This document shows, piece after piece, positions 21,019 to 29,329 of a stretch of DNA of 64,000 bases. Numbering within the stretch: position 1 is the first letter of the stretch; the number at the start of each line of letters is the position of its first letter. Below the pieces are notes generated by a model that saw nothing but the letters and a program-made list of their open reading frames with translations, was not told the DNA's origin and searched no databases. A program made the translations under genes and the position numbers. The stretch is from an uncultured delta proteobacterium (GTDB taxonomy: Bacteria > Desulfobacterota > Desulfomonilia > Desulfomonilales > Desulfomonilaceae): contig CAWBBA010000015.1 in the NCBI GenBank assembly GCA_963786905.1, positions 22,740-86,739 of the forward strand. The letters run 5' to 3'.

Positions 21019-21857
21019 TGTACGGGCCGTACAGAAAAACAGTTCAGATACTGGTGTTCGGGATCATGTTCGGGATCCCGTTACTCAATTTGTATGAAAT
21101 ATATGCAGTGACCGGTACTTTCTACGCGGTCAACATCGGGGGGCTCGGCATAGCTGATCCAGTGGTAATCCTTCAAGCGATATTTGCATCGGGCGAACTC
21201 ACAGTGCCATTGCTGGGCGCAGCCCTTTTCCCCGTCTTTATTGCGCTGTTATTCGGCAGAATCTGGTGCGGCTGGATGTGTCCTTTTCACCTGCTGGCCG
21301 ACGTCGCGGCGTGGTTACGCAGACGATTCAGAGGAAAAGGCTCGCGGCTTGCCAGGGATGAAAGCTTGGTGGTCGCGGATTCATTCAAGGCCAACACTTG
21401 GCGCTATGGCTTCCTCGCCGCGGGAACCCTCGCGGCCGGTGCTATCAGCATCCCCGTCCTGAACTACGTGAGCGCTCCCGGTATTCTGAGCACGGAAGCG
21501 ATGATACTGGTCAAAGAACGGATGGTGTCACTGGAGTTCTCTTTCATAGCCCTTCTTTTCCTCCTCGAACTGTTAATCTTACCCCGTTTCTGGTGCAGGC
21601 TCTTCTGCCCCACCGGCGCTTTTATTGCAGTCTTTCGCGTCCCCTTCACTCTCCGGGTCGGGACGAGTATAAGAACTCCCAAGGCCCCATGTTGCAAGGA
21701 GAACCGATGTTCAGGCGCGTGTCCGATGGGTCTGGCGCCTTTCCGGGAGGGGAACAATCTGCTCTGCACGAACTGCGGCCTGTGTATCGATGCGTGCCGA
21801 GCGGCAGAAGGTTCTGGTAGGCTGAGATTCCAAGGCTTTCAGGCATTTGATCGGTGA
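21009..21857 (+). CDS. napH: NapH-like membrane FeS protein
   Basis: Four TM helices with CGWMCPFHLL and RFWCRLFCPTGA motifs, and a C-terminal CSGACPMG...CTNCGLCIDAC. Overlaps the end of napG. Confidence 0.8.
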   Translation: MGLMYGPYRKTVQILVFGIMFGIPLLNLYEIYAVTGTFYAVNIGGLGIADPVVILQAIFASGELTVPLLGAALFPVFIALLFGRIWCGWMCPFHLLADVAAWLRRRFRGKGSRLARDESLVVADSFKANTWRYGFLAAGTLAAGAISIPVLNYVSAPGILSTEAMILVKERMVSLEFSFIALLFLLELLILPRFWCRLFCPTGAFIAVFRVPFTLRVGTSIRTPKAPCCKENRCSGACPMGLAPFREGNNLLCTNCGLCIDACRAAEGSGRLRFQGFQAFDR

Positions 21858-22000
21858 TGAGAAGTCTGCAAACTCACGAGACCTCCTGGCCGCTCTTACC
21901 TTGAAAAAGACCGCTGCATCAAGCAATGTATCGAATTGAAACGTGGGCCTTTGGCTGAATGTAGGCAATCTACCTTGAGACCCAAAAGGGAGAGAATTCC

Positions 22001-22517
22001 ATGGCACTTGAACCATGCCGAGAATGCGGGAAAGAGGTGAGCACACAATGCGGTTTCATGCCCGAACTGCGGCGCGCCGCGCCCCGCACTCGCCGAGTGG
22101 GCGGGTACCGGAATTGATTGGAAATCCCGGGCAAAGATTTTAGGCATCCCTCTCATTCACGTCGCCTTCGGGAGGGACAGTGCAGGCAAGCTCCGTGTCG
22201 CAAAAGGGTTCATTGCGGTCGGGCAATTTGCCATTGGCGGGATTACAATAGCCCAGTTTGGAATCGGCATCATATTCGGCCTGGGACAATTCATGATCGG
22301 TTTGACCGCGTTGGCTCAGTTTGCCGGGGGCTTACTCATCGGCGTAGGCCAGATTGCCGCAGGGGTAGTAACCATAGGGCAATTTGTGGTGGGCATTTAT
22401 GGTCTGGCTCAGGCCGGGTGGGCAAGATACATGTGGAGCCCAACTAGGGTCGACATGGAAGCTGTCGCCTTGTACAGCACGATACAAATGAGGCTTGAGC
22501 AGTGGCTGGGTTTCTAG
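22001..22517 (+). pseudogene. Zinc-ribbon membrane protein, one frameshift near 22041-22050
   Basis: ATG 22001 gives MALEPCRECGKEVSTQ. After a +1 shift the reading is AVSCPNCGAPRPALAEWAGTGIDWKSRAKILGIPLIHVAFG, followed by glycine-zipper TM repeats (GQFAIGGITIAQFGIGIIFGLGQF...), ending at 22517. Confidence 0.6.
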
Positions 22518-22636
22518 GTCCGTTCGAGACCAGAGTGCCGGGAAATAGTTGACCATAGTTGGACAACATCGAGTAGGACCAGCATTTCGCCCGTCAACGT
22601 TAGGCAAAGCTACGCCTGACCATCCACCGCACTAGT

Positions 22637-23101
22637 TCAAATTATTCTGCGTTTCAGGTCCGACGCGCCTGAAGCTGATTGACTGCGGGGAAACTCGGTC
22701 AGTAGCCATTCCAAGATAGCCCGCGCCTTCGTGAAATTACTCGCATCAAAATGGGCCTTACCTATGCCCAGCATCAATGACGGGATAAATTCCTCAGGTG
22801 GGAGAAAACCGACTGTCCGGTGATGCTCTTTTCCGTCACCGTCCAGCGTTATAACTGTTGGAGTGTATTGAATCACGAAACGAGTCGCCCAGGCCGCCAG
22901 AGAGTTTGTGTAAGCGCGCAGCGGTACCATGTAGCGATGAACGAACTCTACTGTGCGAGGATTGGGATACGTGACCGTATCCATCTGTTTGCACGCGGGT
23001 CAACCGGGGTTGAAGAAGTCGAGCAGCACGTGTTTTTCTTGCACCCTCGCCATAGACAGGGCCATGTCCCAATCCGTTTCCCACCTTATGTTAGCTGCCA
23101 T
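22637..23101 (-). CDS. Thioredoxin-fold (Thioredoxin_7-like) protein with in-frame UGA at the first position of the CxxC motif; candidate selenoprotein
   Basis: ORFs 23000..23296 and 22637..22984 share one frame and are separated only by TGA 23000-23002. The joined reading is MAANIRWETDWDMALSMARVQEKHVLLDFFNPG-U-PACKQMDTVTYPNPRTVEFV. GGGAG precedes ATG 23101. A SECIS-like hairpin lies downstream. Confidence 0.65.
22965..22982 (-). promoter_or_regulatory. SECIS-like hairpin GGAUAC-GGUCAC-GUAUCC
   Basis: Perfect 6-bp stem starting 18 nt after the UGA. The apical loop begins with GGUC. Confidence 0.55.
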
Positions 23102-23174
23102 GAGTGAGGCTCCCGTAATGTCAATAGCGCTCCCGAATTGCGCACTCCATCGTAATGAGCCGCACCTATAGATA

Positions 23175-23200
23175 TTATAGCAGTTCTCGAAAGTAATCAC
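23175..23200 (+). repeat. Dispersed ~26-nt motif TTATAGCAGTTCTCGAAAGTAATCAC (copy A)
   Basis: Near-identical copies occur at 53781-53809 (+) and 35471-35494 (reverse orientation). Each lies in an intergenic region next to GC-rich hairpin repeats. Confidence 0.6.
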
Positions 23201-23631
23201 GGTTTGACATGTGGGTGCCACTGCTGGCTTGTCCAGCAGTGCGGCTCCGTTGAGAAAACATTTATGAGAATGACGATAGGAAACACTGCTGTTCAAGCCA
23301 GCAGTGGCACCCGACGCCCGATACAGGCTGGCGGGACAGGCATCTAAAAGTGTCTCAAAACCAGAAATTCGGCCAGGAAACGATGCGGGTCTTGCGAGGA
23401 CGCTTCTCGAACCGCCGGAAATGAGGGCGCAGCGAGCGGCGCCCGCCCCTACACCACGATCTCTTGATCGACCCAGGGGCCGTTTTCAATGCACACCGGT
23501 ATAACAACCGCGGGAACCACCCGCCGCGAACGTTTCCCCGCCGTGATCGGTGTTTTCACCATTCTGGATCACCACTTGTAATTCCATCCGTACAGACGGA
23601 AAATTAAGGTATAACGAAAACGGAGAGTCCC

Positions 23632-23871
23632 ATGAGAATTCAGTTGAGCCTTTACGCGTCCCTTGCCTCACATTTGCCCGAGAAGGGCGGAGGAAACTCC
23701 TGCACCTTGGAGGTTCAGGAGGGCACCGCGGTGCGGGACATTTTAGGACAGTTGAAGATAGGTTTGGACGTCCCCAAAATCATCTTCTTGAACGGGCTCC
23801 ACGCGGGCTTCGACGATGTACTGAAGAATGGAGACAGACTAGCTGTCTTTCCGCCCATAGCAGGCGGATAG
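23632..23871 (+). CDS. ThiS/MoaD-family sulfur-carrier protein (C-terminal GG)
   Basis: 79 aa ending ...GDRLAVFPPIAGG, a beta-grasp-type sequence. Confidence 0.75.
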   Translation: MRIQLSLYASLASHLPEKGGGNSCTLEVQEGTAVRDILGQLKIGLDVPKIIFLNGLHAGFDDVLKNGDRLAVFPPIAGG

Positions 23872-23980
23872 TCGCACATGTTTTCACGCAAGGCCTCGGG
23901 CCAAATGGCGCCTCGGCGGGCATGCGAAAGTTATTGGCTATTTGCTCCTATTTCGATGTTCCTGTCTCAACGGTGGTCAC

Positions 23981-24739
23981 ATGGAACCGGAAATTCCTCG
24001 ATATAGTCGGCACCAGCTTCTGAGAGTATTCGGAGAAGATGGCCAGGAGAAGATACAGAAATCCCGTGTCTTCGTAGCTGGACTCGGAGCCCTCGGTTCC
24101 CTCATTGCTATTCTTCTTGTTCGGGCAGGAGTCGGTCTTGTCAGAGTTGCCGATCAGGACTGCCCCGAGCTGCATAATCTCCACAGGCAAATTCTTTACG
24201 ACGAAGAGGACGCGACTCGCTGTGTCTCCAAGGCTCAGGCAGCGGCTCATCGACTTCGGGCAGCCAATTCCGAAGTAAATGTCCAAATCGTGGATGCGGC
24301 AATCGGCCCGGACAATGTCGAGGAACTTACAGACGGTGTGGATCTGGTAGTGGACGCGCTCGATAATATACGGACGCGATACCTGATCAATGACGTGATC
24401 CTGGCCCGGGGCATCCCCTACATATTCGGAGGAGCCGTAGAAACCGTGGGGAATGTCATGACAATTATCCCAGGAAAGACTCCTTGTCTCAGATGCCTGT
24501 GGCCGGACCCAAAAGCCGTTGATGATCATCCGAGGGCGTCTGCTGTGGGAGTTCTTTCCTCGGTGGCCACTGCGGTTGCCTCCTTCGAGGTGACGGAGGC
24601 CCTGAAAATCATGGTAGGACGAGAAGAGGATGTACTCTCGGGCCTGCTGGTGTTCGATGTGTGGCGGAACGATTTTCACATTGCGCCGCTGGAACCGGAC
24701 CCGGGATGCATCTGCAGAGGATTGATCCAACATCGTTGA
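23981..24739 (+). CDS. ThiF/MoeB/HesA-family E1-like adenylyltransferase
   Basis: RYSRHQLL...KIQKSRVFVAGLGALGS (nucleotide-binding loop), DNIRTRYLIND and a CLRC zinc motif. The start is taken at MEPEIPRYSRHQ. Confidence 0.8.
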   Translation: MEPEIPRYSRHQLLRVFGEDGQEKIQKSRVFVAGLGALGSLIAILLVRAGVGLVRVADQDCPELHNLHRQILYDEEDATRCVSKAQAAAHRLRAANSEVNVQIVDAAIGPDNVEELTDGVDLVVDALDNIRTRYLINDVILARGIPYIFGGAVETVGNVMTIIPGKTPCLRCLWPDPKAVDDHPRASAVGVLSSVATAVASFEVTEALKIMVGREEDVLSGLLVFDVWRNDFHIAPLEPDPGCICRGLIQHR

Positions 24740-24888
24740 AGCCCTGTCTGGGCATTCGTTTCTTCGCCACAAGGGCAGACTCTCTGGTCTTTCGAAGACT
24801 TGTCTTCGAGTTTCTTACTCGGACGACTTAGGGTCTTCGCCGCACAAGAATTTGGTCAGCGGGAAGCTATGCAAAAGGATAGATACTA

Positions 24889-25614
24889 ATGAAGGATGCC
24901 GGCCTACCTTTCGCGGCTCTGATACTGGCCGGAGGCTTGGGAAAAAGGCTGCGGTCAGTTGTTTCCGACAGGCCTAAGCCTATGGCAATGGTTCGTGGAG
25001 CGCCTTTCCTGGAGATACTGATCGACTCGCTGGCAGGTAAAGGCGTACGGCAATTCGTTCTCCTCACAGGGCACAAAGGGGAAGCGATCGAAGATCACTT
25101 TGGTTCGGATTACCGCAGCGACATCAAAATCGTTTTTTCTCATGAACGTTCTCCCCTGGGAACCGGCGGCGCGGTGAAAAATGCTGAGGCATACGCCACT
25201 GATCCTTCGCTCCTAGTAAATGGGGACACATTCTTTGACGCGGACCTGAGCGGTCTATTGAAATTCCATATGGACACCGGCGCGGAGGTAACTCTGTCGC
25301 TCTTCAAGGTGGAGGACGTGGGCCGCTATGGTTCGGTGATGGTGGATCGAAAAGGTATGGTGATCGGCTTCCGTGAAAAGGATGAGAACGTCAGGGAACC
25401 CGGCCTGATCAATGCCGGCCTGTCGCTCCTCTCTAAACGCCTTATCGGTAGTCTGCCGCGTGGACCCTTCTCGATGGAACGAGAAATCTTTCCGTCGCTG
25501 GTAGGGTCCGGGAAGATGTTCGGGTTACTCCAGGAACGGCCGTTCTTCGACATAGGAACACCGGAAAGCTATGAAGCATTCAAACTGTTCATGAAGGACC
25601 GCTGTAACAGTTGA
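24889..25614 (+). CDS. Sugar-phosphate nucleotidyltransferase (NTP_transferase family)
   Basis: ALILAGGLGKRLRSVVSDRPKPMA signature, then GTGGAV and LVNGDTFFD. Confidence 0.8.
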   Translation: MKDAGLPFAALILAGGLGKRLRSVVSDRPKPMAMVRGAPFLEILIDSLAGKGVRQFVLLTGHKGEAIEDHFGSDYRSDIKIVFSHERSPLGTGGAVKNAEAYATDPSLLVNGDTFFDADLSGLLKFHMDTGAEVTLSLFKVEDVGRYGSVMVDRKGMVIGFREKDENVREPGLINAGLSLLSKRLIGSLPRGPFSMEREIFPSLVGSGKMFGLLQERPFFDIGTPESYEAFKLFMKDRCNS

Positions 25615-25772
25615 CGGGGCTCTGAACTGAACGAGTGTGAGGATTCTGTTGTGCGGGGGCATTTCGCCGCGCTCGCAATGATAACCTCTGCCCCGCAAAG
25701 CTGAATGCTTGCGGAGGAGTTGACGAATCTCTGACAAGGGGTTACGCTGGAATTGTTGGCAGGAGGTTCGAT

Positions 25773-26081
25773 ATGTGTGTAGATGGAGTCAGCCGACTCG
25801 TCATGGGGAACCTGGCTATTCAAAACCTAATGTCCAATCCGATCCTCGACATTGTTCACAAACAGGTGGTGATGACGCTCTACTCTCTCGCGGCGGATCA
25901 TTGCCTCGATGAGTACGAGAAGATGCTGCCCGTCTACTTGTCCATTGATTGGCCCCAGTGCTCGGCCATTTTGGACACCATAGAGCAAGCCGGTTTACTT
26001 ACAAGGACCGAAGGCGGTATATCCCTGACCTATCCCATCGACGCGGAGGCTGAAAGCTCTGCCTGCGGTTGCAGTTGCTAA
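25773..26081 (+). CDS. Hypothetical protein with winged-helix-like core and Cys-rich C-terminus (SSACGCSC)
   Basis: The ORF alone supports this call and I recognise no family. The start is uncertain; an alternative Met lies at 25830. Confidence 0.35.
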   Translation: MCVDGVSRLVMGNLAIQNLMSNPILDIVHKQVVMTLYSLAADHCLDEYEKMLPVYLSIDWPQCSAILDTIEQAGLLTRTEGGISLTYPIDAEAESSACGCSC

Positions 26082-26099
26082 GGATGAAGCCTGGAGGGA

Positions 26100-26843
26100 T
26101 CAGTTAGGCCTAACGGAACGTGCCGCGGTCTGACAATTCCTGCCTTTGATGGCTTCTTCAAAACCATCCGAGATCACACGGCCGTCTCTGATACGAATGA
26201 TTCTGTCACAGGCGTTGCCGATGTCATCCTCGTGGGTTACCAGGACCACCGTAAATCCCTGCCTCGCAAGATCCCTAAGTTGTGCCACGACTATGTCGGT
26301 ATTTTTCTGATCCAGTTGGCCTGTGGGCTCATCCCCGAGGATAAGAGAAGGGTTGTTGACCAGGGCTCTGGCTATGGCAGCGCGTTGGCGCTCCCCCCCG
26401 GATAGACGGTTGGACCAGTGGTCCACACGATGAGAGAGTCCGACCCTGTCCAGCGCATCGAGGACCTTTTTCCGGCGGGTGTTTCGGTCGGATTCCGCGT
26501 ATATTAGAGGTAACTCCAGATTTTCAAAGACAGTGGAGTTGGCCAAGAGATCGCAGCTTTGGAACACGAACCCAAGTTCCCTGTTCCTGAAGTTCGCCTG
26601 TTCCTCGCGGTCATAATTTAGAATGTTTTGGCCCTTGAAAATATACTGCCCCGAGGTAGGGGGTTGAAGAAGCCCAAGAATGTACAGCAGAGTAGACTTG
26701 CCTGACCCGGACGGCCCCATTATGCCCACCATTTCTCCGCGGCCAACCTTTATGTTAGCTTTGTCCAGAGCGTGGATAACGTTTCCACCGTCGATGTAGT
26801 CTTTGCCCAGGTCCTTCGTCTCAATAATTATTTCATTTCCCAT
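26100..26843 (-). CDS. ABC transporter ATP-binding protein (MacB/LolD-like), no adjacent permease
   Basis: Walker A GPSGSGKST, signature LSGGERQR and Walker B LILGDEPTGQLD. Confidence 0.9.
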   Translation of the reverse strand: MGNEIIIETKDLGKDYIDGGNVIHALDKANIKVGRGEMVGIMGPSGSGKSTLLYILGLLQPPTSGQYIFKGQNILNYDREEQANFRNRELGFVFQSCDLLANSTVFENLELPLIYAESDRNTRRKKVLDALDRVGLSHRVDHWSNRLSGGERQRAAIARALVNNPSLILGDEPTGQLDQKNTDIVVAQLRDLARQGFTVVLVTHEDDIGNACDRIIRIRDGRVISDGFEEAIKGRNCQTAARSVRPN

Positions 26844-26943
26844 CTGCGATCACCGGTCCCCACATAACAAATTTCGTGGATGGATGCCAGTATAACCCAT
26901 CGGGAGCCAAACTCCTATGCCGTCGTATCCGGCATGCGGATTT

Positions 26944-27228
26944 TCACCGTTTGCAGCACTCCTGTGTTATATTACCGCAATGTTCCAGATAGCCAAACAG
27001 GCCCGTGGTGACCGGGGCGCTTTCGTAAAACTCATCCAGCTCGATGCGGATGATTTCGCAGTAATCGTGCGTGCTCCATCGGACGTAAGGCTGCATCACC
27101 GGTACATAGGGCCTGATCCGGCCAAAGCAGAAGAGATTTTCAACGCTGAGGCGGGGAAGCTTAATCCAGGGGACCGTCAGCAGTAGATCGGGATGTCTGG
27201 CGGCAGCGGTTCTTGGGATTCGTTGGCC
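26944..27228 (-). CDS. Conserved-looking ORF without a canonical start (possible truncated or frameshifted gene)
   Basis: The minus frame is open for 94 codons between TAG 27229-27231 and TGA 26944-26946 (…LLLTVPWIKLPRLSVENLFCFGRIRPYVPVMQPYVRWSTHDYCEIIRIELDEFYESAPVTTGLFGYLEHCGNITQECCKR). Third codon positions are GC-rich. The only ATG lies mid-ORF. The listed + ORF 26917..27186 is antisense to it. Confidence 0.3.
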   Translation of the reverse strand, partial: GQRIPRTAAARHPDLLLTVPWIKLPRLSVENLFCFGRIRPYVPVMQPYVRWSTHDYCEIIRIELDEFYESAPVTTGLFGYLEHCGNITQECCKR

Positions 27229-27262
27229 CTAACTCGCGGCCGTCTGGTGAGGAGAGCCTTGT

Positions 27263-27754
27263 ATGGCGAAAATACGCTTGCAGAGTGAATGGAAAATGTG
27301 GGCCGCACTAGGCGGAATACTTTTACTCGTTATCTTTTACCTTTACATGGCGAGCCGACCCCCTACGGAGGGCGGTGAGTATCTCTGGAATGTGACAAAG
27401 ATCGTAGACGAGACGGACCTGTCGTTGAGAGGCTCAGGGAATATAATTGAACTCAAGTTGGCGGGCTTGCGCGTTCCGCCGGGTCAGGCGCAAGCGGCAC
27501 GAGATTTTCTTACAAAAACGCTTGAAAATCAGTGGGTTCGGGTAAAGGTAATCCGTGACGGGCCGAAAGGATCTAAAGAAGGGTTCGTGTTTCTGTCGGG
27601 AGAGGACACAAGCGCGCGATTGATAAGACAAGGATTGGCCGAAATCGACAGGGAAGAAAAAGATTTCGACATCAGACCATATATTGAACTAGAGCAAGAA
27701 GCGAAAAGAGAGCAAAGAGGCCTGTGGCGGCAGCAGAGCCCTGGAGCTAAGTGA
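27263..27754 (+). CDS. Membrane-anchored thermonuclease (SNase-like) family protein
   Basis: N-terminal TM helix, then ARLIRQGLAEI...YIELEQEAKREQRGLW, which is typical of SNase homologues. Confidence 0.7.
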   Translation: MAKIRLQSEWKMWAALGGILLLVIFYLYMASRPPTEGGEYLWNVTKIVDETDLSLRGSGNIIELKLAGLRVPPGQAQAARDFLTKTLENQWVRVKVIRDGPKGSKEGFVFLSGEDTSARLIRQGLAEIDREEKDFDIRPYIELEQEAKREQRGLWRQQSPGAK

Positions 27755-27755
27755 C

Positions 27756-29036
27756 ATGAAGATCCTTATCGTAGGGTCCGGGGGACGGGAACATACCCTT
27801 GCCTGGAAGATGGCCCAATCGGATTTGGTTAAGGAAGTCATCGTAGCACCCGGCAACGTGGGTATTGAAATAGAACCAAAATGCAGGCTGGCCGATGTCT
27901 CCTCAGACAACGTCTCCGGCATACTCCACTTGGCCCAAGCCGAAAGAGTGGACCTCACTGTGGTAGGGCCTGAAGCGCCTCTTGTGGCTGGACTGTCTGA
28001 CGCTTTGCGTTCAGCCGGGCTCAGGGTTTTCGGCCCTTCCAGGGAAGCAGCGCAACTGGAAGGGAGCAAAGTCTTCACCAAGCGCTTGCTCGCGAAATAC
28101 GAGATCCCGTCGGCCGAATTTGAGGTCTTTCAGGATTTTGAAGCGGCCTCCTCCTACCTGAAAACATGTCCCGGCCGCGTGGTGCTCAAGGCTGACGGTC
28201 TTGCCGCGGGGAAGGGAGTGTTCGTCTGCGTCGACCAGAACGAAGCTCAGATGGCGCTTTCGACTATCATGAAGGAGAGGGCATTTGGTGATGCCGGCGA
28301 CAGAGTTGTCATAGAAGAATGCCTTGAAGGTGAGGAGGCATCTTTCATTGCCTTCACCGACGGTAAAGAAGTGCTTCCACTTGCCAGTTCCCAGGATCAC
28401 AAGGCCATATTCGACGGCGATCAAGGCCCCAATACAGGGGGTATGGGGGCGTATTCTCCTGCACCTGTGGTTACTCCGGAGATGCACGACCGGATTATGA
28501 CGGAAGTGATGATCCCGGTGGTACGCGCTATGGAGCACGAAGGGACTCCCTATATGGGATTTTTATACGCGGGCGTCATGATCAAGGATGGAAAGGCCAA
28601 AGTCCTGGAATTCAACGCTCGCATGGGGGATCCCGAGGCCCAACCTCTTCTTTTTAGGATGAAAACCGATCCGGTGCCCTTGATGGTGGCCGCGTTGGAG
28701 GGTGGGCTTGGCAACATGAAAATCGAGTGGGCCCCGGAAGATGCTGTTTGCGTTGTCATGGCCTCCGGAGGCTACCCCGGCTCGTACGAAAAGGGAAAAC
28801 CTATTACGGGAATTGAAGCAGCTGACGCGATGGAGGGGATCAAGGTGTTCCATGCCGGGACTGGTAGGGGAGCCGACGGATTCGTCACTGCGGGAGGCCG
28901 CGTTCTCGGTGTCACCGCCAAAGCCCAGGGTATATCCAACGCAATTGCAAGGGCTTATGAGGCGGTTGAAAAGATCCACTGGGAGAACGCTTACTACAGA
29001 AAAGACATCGGGAAGAAGGCCCTACAAAGAGCTTAG
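27756..29036 (+). CDS. purD: Phosphoribosylamine--glycine ligase
   Basis: MKILIVGSGGREHTLAWK...PNTGGMGAYSPAP...EFNARMGDPE, full length at 426 aa. Confidence 0.95.
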   Translation: MKILIVGSGGREHTLAWKMAQSDLVKEVIVAPGNVGIEIEPKCRLADVSSDNVSGILHLAQAERVDLTVVGPEAPLVAGLSDALRSAGLRVFGPSREAAQLEGSKVFTKRLLAKYEIPSAEFEVFQDFEAASSYLKTCPGRVVLKADGLAAGKGVFVCVDQNEAQMALSTIMKERAFGDAGDRVVIEECLEGEEASFIAFTDGKEVLPLASSQDHKAIFDGDQGPNTGGMGAYSPAPVVTPEMHDRIMTEVMIPVVRAMEHEGTPYMGFLYAGVMIKDGKAKVLEFNARMGDPEAQPLLFRMKTDPVPLMVAALEGGLGNMKIEWAPEDAVCVVMASGGYPGSYEKGKPITGIEAADAMEGIKVFHAGTGRGADGFVTAGGRVLGVTAKAQGISNAIARAYEAVEKIHWENAYYRKDIGKKALQRA

Positions 29037-29044
29037 AACGCGCG

Positions 29045-29075
29045 TGTCCGGGTCTTTAAGCAAAGAACCCGGACA
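29045..29075 (+). terminator. Long hairpin 9 nt after the purD stop (no U-tract)
   Basis: TGTCCGGGTCTTT-AAGC-AAAGAACCCGGACA: 13 bp with one bulge. Confidence 0.35.
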
Positions 29076-29303
29076 TGCTGGAGAAAACGTGCTCGCCTGT
29101 TGTCCTAATTATACTGCATCCGAACTACGCGTCAACAGTCTGAAAGCCGGCAGAGACGCCGGCCCTACTATGAGCCGGTAGGACCGGCCTCCCCGCGGGA
29201 CGCGGGGTCGCCGATTGCTCGGTGAACGGTTATGACTTCTGAACTGGTCTCGTGACGGCGAGGGAGGCTTTGAGGCGCTTGCTTTTCGGGAGGGTCACGT
29301 GCC

Positions 29304-29329
29304 AAAAAAAAGCCCGTTCGGAAACGGGC
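29304..29329 (-). terminator. Rho-independent terminator on the minus strand
   Basis: On the minus strand this reads GCCCGTT-TCCG-AACGGGC followed by T8. Confidence 0.6.

Noticed and set aside
22118-22447. 109-aa ORF in an alternative frame of the zinc-ribbon membrane protein locus
   Set aside because: The Arg/His-rich translation is an off-frame reading of the glycine-zipper gene, whose frame gives coherent TM repeats.
23948-24772. 274-aa minus-strand ORF
   Set aside because: It is antisense to the ThiF/MoeB-like gene, which has the nucleotide-binding and zinc motifs.
24737-24888. UGA read-through of the ThiF/MoeB-like gene (45 further open codons); MoeB-like selenoproteins are known
   Set aside because: The TGA is not in a redox-motif context. 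I saw no convincing hairpin with a GU-containing loop at the right distance. The extension overlaps the next gene's RBS, and an open run of this length is not unlikely by chance.
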